Source: Sedimentisphaerales bacterium (GTDB lineage: Bacteria; Planctomycetota; Phycisphaerae; Sedimentisphaerales; SM23-30). From it: a stretch of DNA of 64,000 nt. The position numbers were made by a program, and so were the translations under genes. The stretch is taken from contig CAXXFK010000030.1 of NCBI GenBank assembly GCA_963663965.2, forward strand, positions 128,001 to 192,000, written 5' to 3'. Below are positions 59,807 to 64,000 of the stretch, one piece after another (positions within the stretch are counted from its first letter, which is position 1; every line of letters starts with the position of its first letter). Below the pieces are notes generated by a model that had not been told where the DNA came from, made no database searches, and worked only from the letters and a program-made list of their open reading frames with translations.

Positions 59807-61333
59807 ATGGAATCGATCATTGAATTTGATGCTATTTTTACATTTGGCATTTGTTTTGCCATCGAGGATGATACGTTAATCCATAATTTCATGACCCGGA
59901 ATAATGACCGAGCGAAACAAAGCGCACAAAACGAGGCCATTAAACAGATCCGAGATACATTCAACTTTACCTTTCCGGCCTATCATCATTTATTCGGCAA
60001 AGAGGTCTTGCAGATATTTAAATATGAATCGGACCTTTCGCTTGAGTTACCTGAATCAGGCGAGAGCGAGAATCCAAGAATTCTTAAAGGCAGTATATAT
60101 TTTCTGAGTGTTAAGAATCCCAATGTGATCTGTATCTTATTGACATTGGGTTCTCCGGAAACTGGTAAAATGTATTTATCAACCGATGAGATCATAAAAG
60201 TATATAAAAACGTGCGATCTTCTGTCGATGGTTATCGTTATTCCATAATCCATGAGGGTCAGGTTCTGGATACCTATGATACCCTGTATAAGTTATTGGA
60301 AAAACTCAAAACCGAACCATCGGATAATAATTCTCAAGGCGAAACAGAAGCCTGGAAGATTCCATCAGAAGAAATTCTTTGCGAACGAAACGCGCATCAG
60401 CAGGATATCATAGATTTTCATTGTCTGGAGATCCGAAAAATACGAAAATCCAAGACTGAGACCGCCTCTGCAATTGAGGCGCAGGATTATCCCCAGCAAT
60501 TATATGGTCTGTTATCGGGAGACGAAGGATGGCGTTTTGTTCCAATCGAAACCGCCCAAAAAAGAACCGAACCCGAATGGCAGGTCCGGGATTTTTGTAT
60601 CATCATTCCTTTCGGACGGGCCTTGTTGAGCCTGAATGACAAACCCGATGCCTATATCGATTTTCAGCGGGCGAATAATGTGGGTCATCAAACGTATTTT
60701 GGGATGAGAAGCGAGATAGCCTGTCTCGATCATTGCGCATTACCATTGCTGTTGAACGCGTTGTTTCGATTGTCGCCGATTATTCGTTCTTACGATGAAA
60801 TTAGAAATATGCGATTATTCGAAATCGATGGATTTAAAGATCCGGTAAAAGGCAAGAAAAAGAAAGCTAAATTGAAGGTGTTAAAACGTCGCCAGGCGGA
60901 CATCTACCGGTTATTGCAGATTCTGGAGATCGATAATATCCGTGAGCTGGATTTGCTGGAAGAAATTATTGTCGAAAATGTCGGATTACAATCTTACGCG
61001 GATGCTTTAAATCGGGACATTGAGAATCTACATGCGGCGATAAAACAGGAGGAAGATAAGCGAACTAATTTAATTATGATGGCATTGACAGTCATTATGT
61101 TATTTTCTACATTGATAATGCTGGTTCCGATTCTCATTCAAGTGTATAGTCTGTTGACCGAAAAACCAAGCCAAACCAATTCTGAGTCATCGTCCAATAC
61201 GCCATGTGTCGCCCCCATAGACGAGCGCGAAAATGATTCCGGGTTAAGAGTAGATGAAAATGGTCAGCCGGAAATCGGTCTTCCCATAAAAGCTGCCGAT
61301 CCAGGCACTGTCGAACCAGCCGGCGGGGATTGA
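59807..61333 (+). CDS. Hypothetical protein with a coiled coil and a C-terminal TM helix (loosely CorA-like layout)
   Basis: Soluble N-terminal region, helical stalk, then RTNLIMMALTVIMLFSTLIMLVPILI. AAGGAG RBS. Confidence 0.6.
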   Translation: MESIIEFDAIFTFGICFAIEDDTLIHNFMTRNNDRAKQSAQNEAIKQIRDTFNFTFPAYHHLFGKEVLQIFKYESDLSLELPESGESENPRILKGSIYFLSVKNPNVICILLTLGSPETGKMYLSTDEIIKVYKNVRSSVDGYRYSIIHEGQVLDTYDTLYKLLEKLKTEPSDNNSQGETEAWKIPSEEILCERNAHQQDIIDFHCLEIRKIRKSKTETASAIEAQDYPQQLYGLLSGDEGWRFVPIETAQKRTEPEWQVRDFCIIIPFGRALLSLNDKPDAYIDFQRANNVGHQTYFGMRSEIACLDHCALPLLLNALFRLSPIIRSYDEIRNMRLFEIDGFKDPVKGKKKKAKLKVLKRRQADIYRLLQILEIDNIRELDLLEEIIVENVGLQSYADALNRDIENLHAAIKQEEDKRTNLIMMALTVIMLFSTLIMLVPILIQVYSLLTEKPSQTNSESSSNTPCVAPIDERENDSGLRVDENGQPEIGLPIKAADPGTVEPAGGD

Positions 61334-61399
61334 CTTTGTGTCTGTGAAATAATCGGTTCAGGAATTTTCTGTCGAGAGTTATCTTGATTTTTTATTCGT

Positions 61400-63637
61400 T
61401 TATTTCGATTCGGTCCAGGGGGCGTTTTGGAAATGGGTGACGATCATTTGCTGGACGGGGATGAGGTAGCGGACCATGCCGTAGTGGTCGGTTTTGAACC
61501 AGCGGATCTCGGCGGCGGCGGTGTCGGCCAGTCGGCGGGCGCATTGGGCGGGGATGATGGGGTCCTGGGAGCCGTTGACCATGAGCAGGCGGGTGTGGGT
61601 GAGGCGATCGGCGAAGTTGACCGGTTCGATAGTGGCCAGCAGGCGGCGCAGATCGGACAGGGAGATGTTGTTCTGTTGCAAGAGTAATTTGAACTGTTTG
61701 ACTTCATTGCTGTCGGAATTCAGGATGGAGACCAGATCGCCGCCGGCCAGCAGGGTAAAGACACGTGGGAACCGGCCATCGACCCCGGCGGCCAGGGCCG
61801 CGATACAGCCGCCCAGGCTGGTACCGCAGAGTCCGATGCGATCGGCGTCGACGTGAGGCAGGGCGGCCAGCACCTGAGCGGTGCGCTGGACATCCATAAC
61901 AGCCTGCCGGACGGCGGAAACCAGGGTGTTGGGGTCGTCGGTCATTCTTTTGAGCTCGACGGTATTGGTGGCGGAACGCTGGCCGTAACAGGGCAAGACC
62001 ATGATGCAGGCGTTGACCCCGGAATGGGCCAGGGTGTTGGCGATGATTCTGGAGGCGGTCATGGAGCCATCGAGGATATCCAACAGGATCACCGCCGGGC
62101 GGGATTCGGCGCCCTGGCAGTCGTAATATTCGCAATAGACGGTGTTGTGCTGCGGGACGGCGCTGTGCCAGGATGAAGGGAAAGAGAGCTGATGGACCTG
62201 ATAGGCGCCCAGGTCGTGGGTGGGTTTGATCTGGTATTCGAAGGGGGCGGGCTGGACGCGATAGACACTGAGCAGCCGGTCCTGTTGGGGATTGGCGGCG
62301 GGGGGCAGGGCGCGGAAGCCGGCTGGTGAGACGGAACCGGTGATAGTTTGGGCATCTTCCAGGCGGGTAGGCTGGGAGGCGTTGCCTGTTTCCTGCCGGG
62401 GTCTGGGGGGGACTGCAGTCACACCCTCGGGAGTTTGAGCGGGGATCATTTTCAGCAGGGTGGGTAACTCGTAGGCGTAATAGGGTTGATAACAGGCGGC
62501 GAAGTTGTCGTTTTCGGGAGCGATCGCGTTGGCGACCCAGAGCCGCAGGGTCTGGGGGGCGAATAACACCCGATGCAGGCAACTGGTCATGGCGATGGGG
62601 CGGTTCATCAGGTCGAGGGCGTGGTCCAGGTCGATCTTGCCGTATTGGGCCTGCACCCGGGCGGCGAGGTGTTCATAACGATCGCCGGCGCTGAGCAGGA
62701 CGGCGTCTTTGACGGGATGGGGCAGTTGGGGATGGGATTGGCCTGGGGCGACGACTTCGAAGCGGTCGGGGGCACAGGCCAGGCCGCGGGCGTCGGGCAG
62801 TTTGCCATCGCTGATGACGTAATAATATTCGCAGGTGCGCGGGGTGGAACGAAAGATCTCGACGGCCTGGTTGAGTGAATCGGCCTCTTCGAGCGCCTTG
62901 CGCACCAGGAAAGACATGGGCATGCCATCCCAGTTGCCTTCGCCGCGGCCGCCCATTTCGCCGATGGCGACCTGGCGGGCGTTCATGCCGGTGACCGAGC
63001 CGATAAAGCCGGCGTAACCGATGGTGATAAACGGGGTCTGGCCGTCCGGCTGGGCGACGGTGATGAGGGCGTGCTGCTGGAGGCCGACTTCGGTCATGTA
63101 ATCGAGGATGCGGCCGTGATAGAGTGTGCCGTCGCTGGTGGCGGAGGCAGAGAGGGCAAATCCGCTGCAATGGAACAGTTCGGGGAAAATATTGCCCCAC
63201 TGGATTTCGTTGAGCGGGATGCCGGAGCCTGCGGCCAGTCCGGCCATTTCATCCAGATAGCGCTGGGGAATAAACGGGCGGGTGCGCTGCCAGGCCTGTT
63301 CGATGGAGCCGTTGAAATAGTCATCGTAGCGGTTGGAATCGGCGGCGCGGGCGACGGTGAGGACCGTTTTCATCATGGCCTGGATGGGGCCGGAGAGTAA
63401 TTTGCCCTGTTGATAGCCCATTTCCCAGGGACTGCCGGCGATGAGCAGGACACGCTGGCCTTCGATTTCGAGCAGGGCGCCGCGGCCGCAACGGTCCAGG
63501 ACTTTGGGCTGTCCGGTTGGGATGATGGTGGCGGCCGGAAGCGGCCGGTTCGCCAGGGCGATCAGGCATCCGGCGATCAGGATGGTCAGGATGCGCAGGG
63601 TCCGGGGGATAGCTACCGATGGGGTGTTCGTAGTCAT
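61400..63637 (-). CDS. Secreted C45 (Ntn-hydrolase) peptidase fused to an alpha/beta hydrolase
   Basis: FHCSGF nucleophile, HGRILDY and TGMN, then GTSLGG, DPIIP and TDHY. Confidence 0.78.
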   Translation of the reverse strand: MTTNTPSVAIPRTLRILTILIAGCLIALANRPLPAATIIPTGQPKVLDRCGRGALLEIEGQRVLLIAGSPWEMGYQQGKLLSGPIQAMMKTVLTVARAADSNRYDDYFNGSIEQAWQRTRPFIPQRYLDEMAGLAAGSGIPLNEIQWGNIFPELFHCSGFALSASATSDGTLYHGRILDYMTEVGLQQHALITVAQPDGQTPFITIGYAGFIGSVTGMNARQVAIGEMGGRGEGNWDGMPMSFLVRKALEEADSLNQAVEIFRSTPRTCEYYYVISDGKLPDARGLACAPDRFEVVAPGQSHPQLPHPVKDAVLLSAGDRYEHLAARVQAQYGKIDLDHALDLMNRPIAMTSCLHRVLFAPQTLRLWVANAIAPENDNFAACYQPYYAYELPTLLKMIPAQTPEGVTAVPPRPRQETGNASQPTRLEDAQTITGSVSPAGFRALPPAANPQQDRLLSVYRVQPAPFEYQIKPTHDLGAYQVHQLSFPSSWHSAVPQHNTVYCEYYDCQGAESRPAVILLDILDGSMTASRIIANTLAHSGVNACIMVLPCYGQRSATNTVELKRMTDDPNTLVSAVRQAVMDVQRTAQVLAALPHVDADRIGLCGTSLGGCIAALAAGVDGRFPRVFTLLAGGDLVSILNSDSNEVKQFKLLLQQNNISLSDLRRLLATIEPVNFADRLTHTRLLMVNGSQDPIIPAQCARRLADTAAAEIRWFKTDHYGMVRYLIPVQQMIVTHFQNAPWTESK

Positions 63638-63757
63638 AAGCACTCCTTTGATCTGGGAGTTATGTCAGGTTGACAGGGCGCTTGCCGGGTTGATAAATTG
63701 TTATTAATAAGTAATACCATCTGGCGGGATGGATGTTACAGAGTATGTTGAGCGCTA

Positions 63758-63862
63758 AACACAGGGCGGTCAAGCCGCAATCAAGAAAATATATCTCACA
63801 CGAAGTCACGAAGCCACTAAGGTTAACAGCCATTTAGACAAGATCACAGGATTGACAGGATA
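63758..63862 (+). repeat. Triplet repeat unit cluster
   Basis: gggcggtcaagccgc hairpin, cacgaagtcacgaagccactaag and ttaacagcc...acaagatcacaggattgacaggat. Confidence 0.8.
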
Positions 63863-64000
63863 AAAAGTTCGGGGTAACAATTTTGATTTATAAGGAATTC
63901 AATTTAAAATACTTATGGAATATCAGATAAAAATTCTTGTTAAGAAAACAAAGAGACGATGGATTGTAGTACGTAGGCCTGGATCGTTGTCATGGATTTC

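Overview
GC-rich bacterial chromosome segment. The gene content (regulatory PTS cluster, GLUG/dockerin-like protein, TonB receptor, GH78, N-terminally extended RNase E) suggests a Planctomycete, probably Phycisphaerae; this is inference only. Core blocks are hpf-PTS IIA-HPr-EI-TIGR03936-rne (5-11.5 kb), modABC plus a TOBE protein (23-26 kb) and rpmA-obgE-coaX-mnmE-like-mutS-marC (47.7-54.4 kb). Accessory patches lie between them. They include a CI-like repressor divergent from an HTH/ABC-ATPase/GNAT module, GxxExxY remnants, an ISNCY-like IS with exact ends and a 6-bp target duplication, and a 1.4-kaa NACHT-nuclease. They also include darTG, a ClpX-like/HD/phosphoesterase trio and a methyltransferase-membrane protein pair. 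The most striking region is 25.9-35.1 kb. An IS110 (IS1111-like) element with a reconstructable circle-junction promoter sits inside a family of strand-biased short triplet repeats. It is followed by orphan RHS toxin tips and immunity-like genes punctuated by REP motifs, one intact RAYT (HUH) transposase and three partial copies. Two RHS breakpoints in the window fall at the DPxG junction. No rRNA, tRNA or CRISPR array was recognised. All family calls come from motif recognition by eye; no searches were run.
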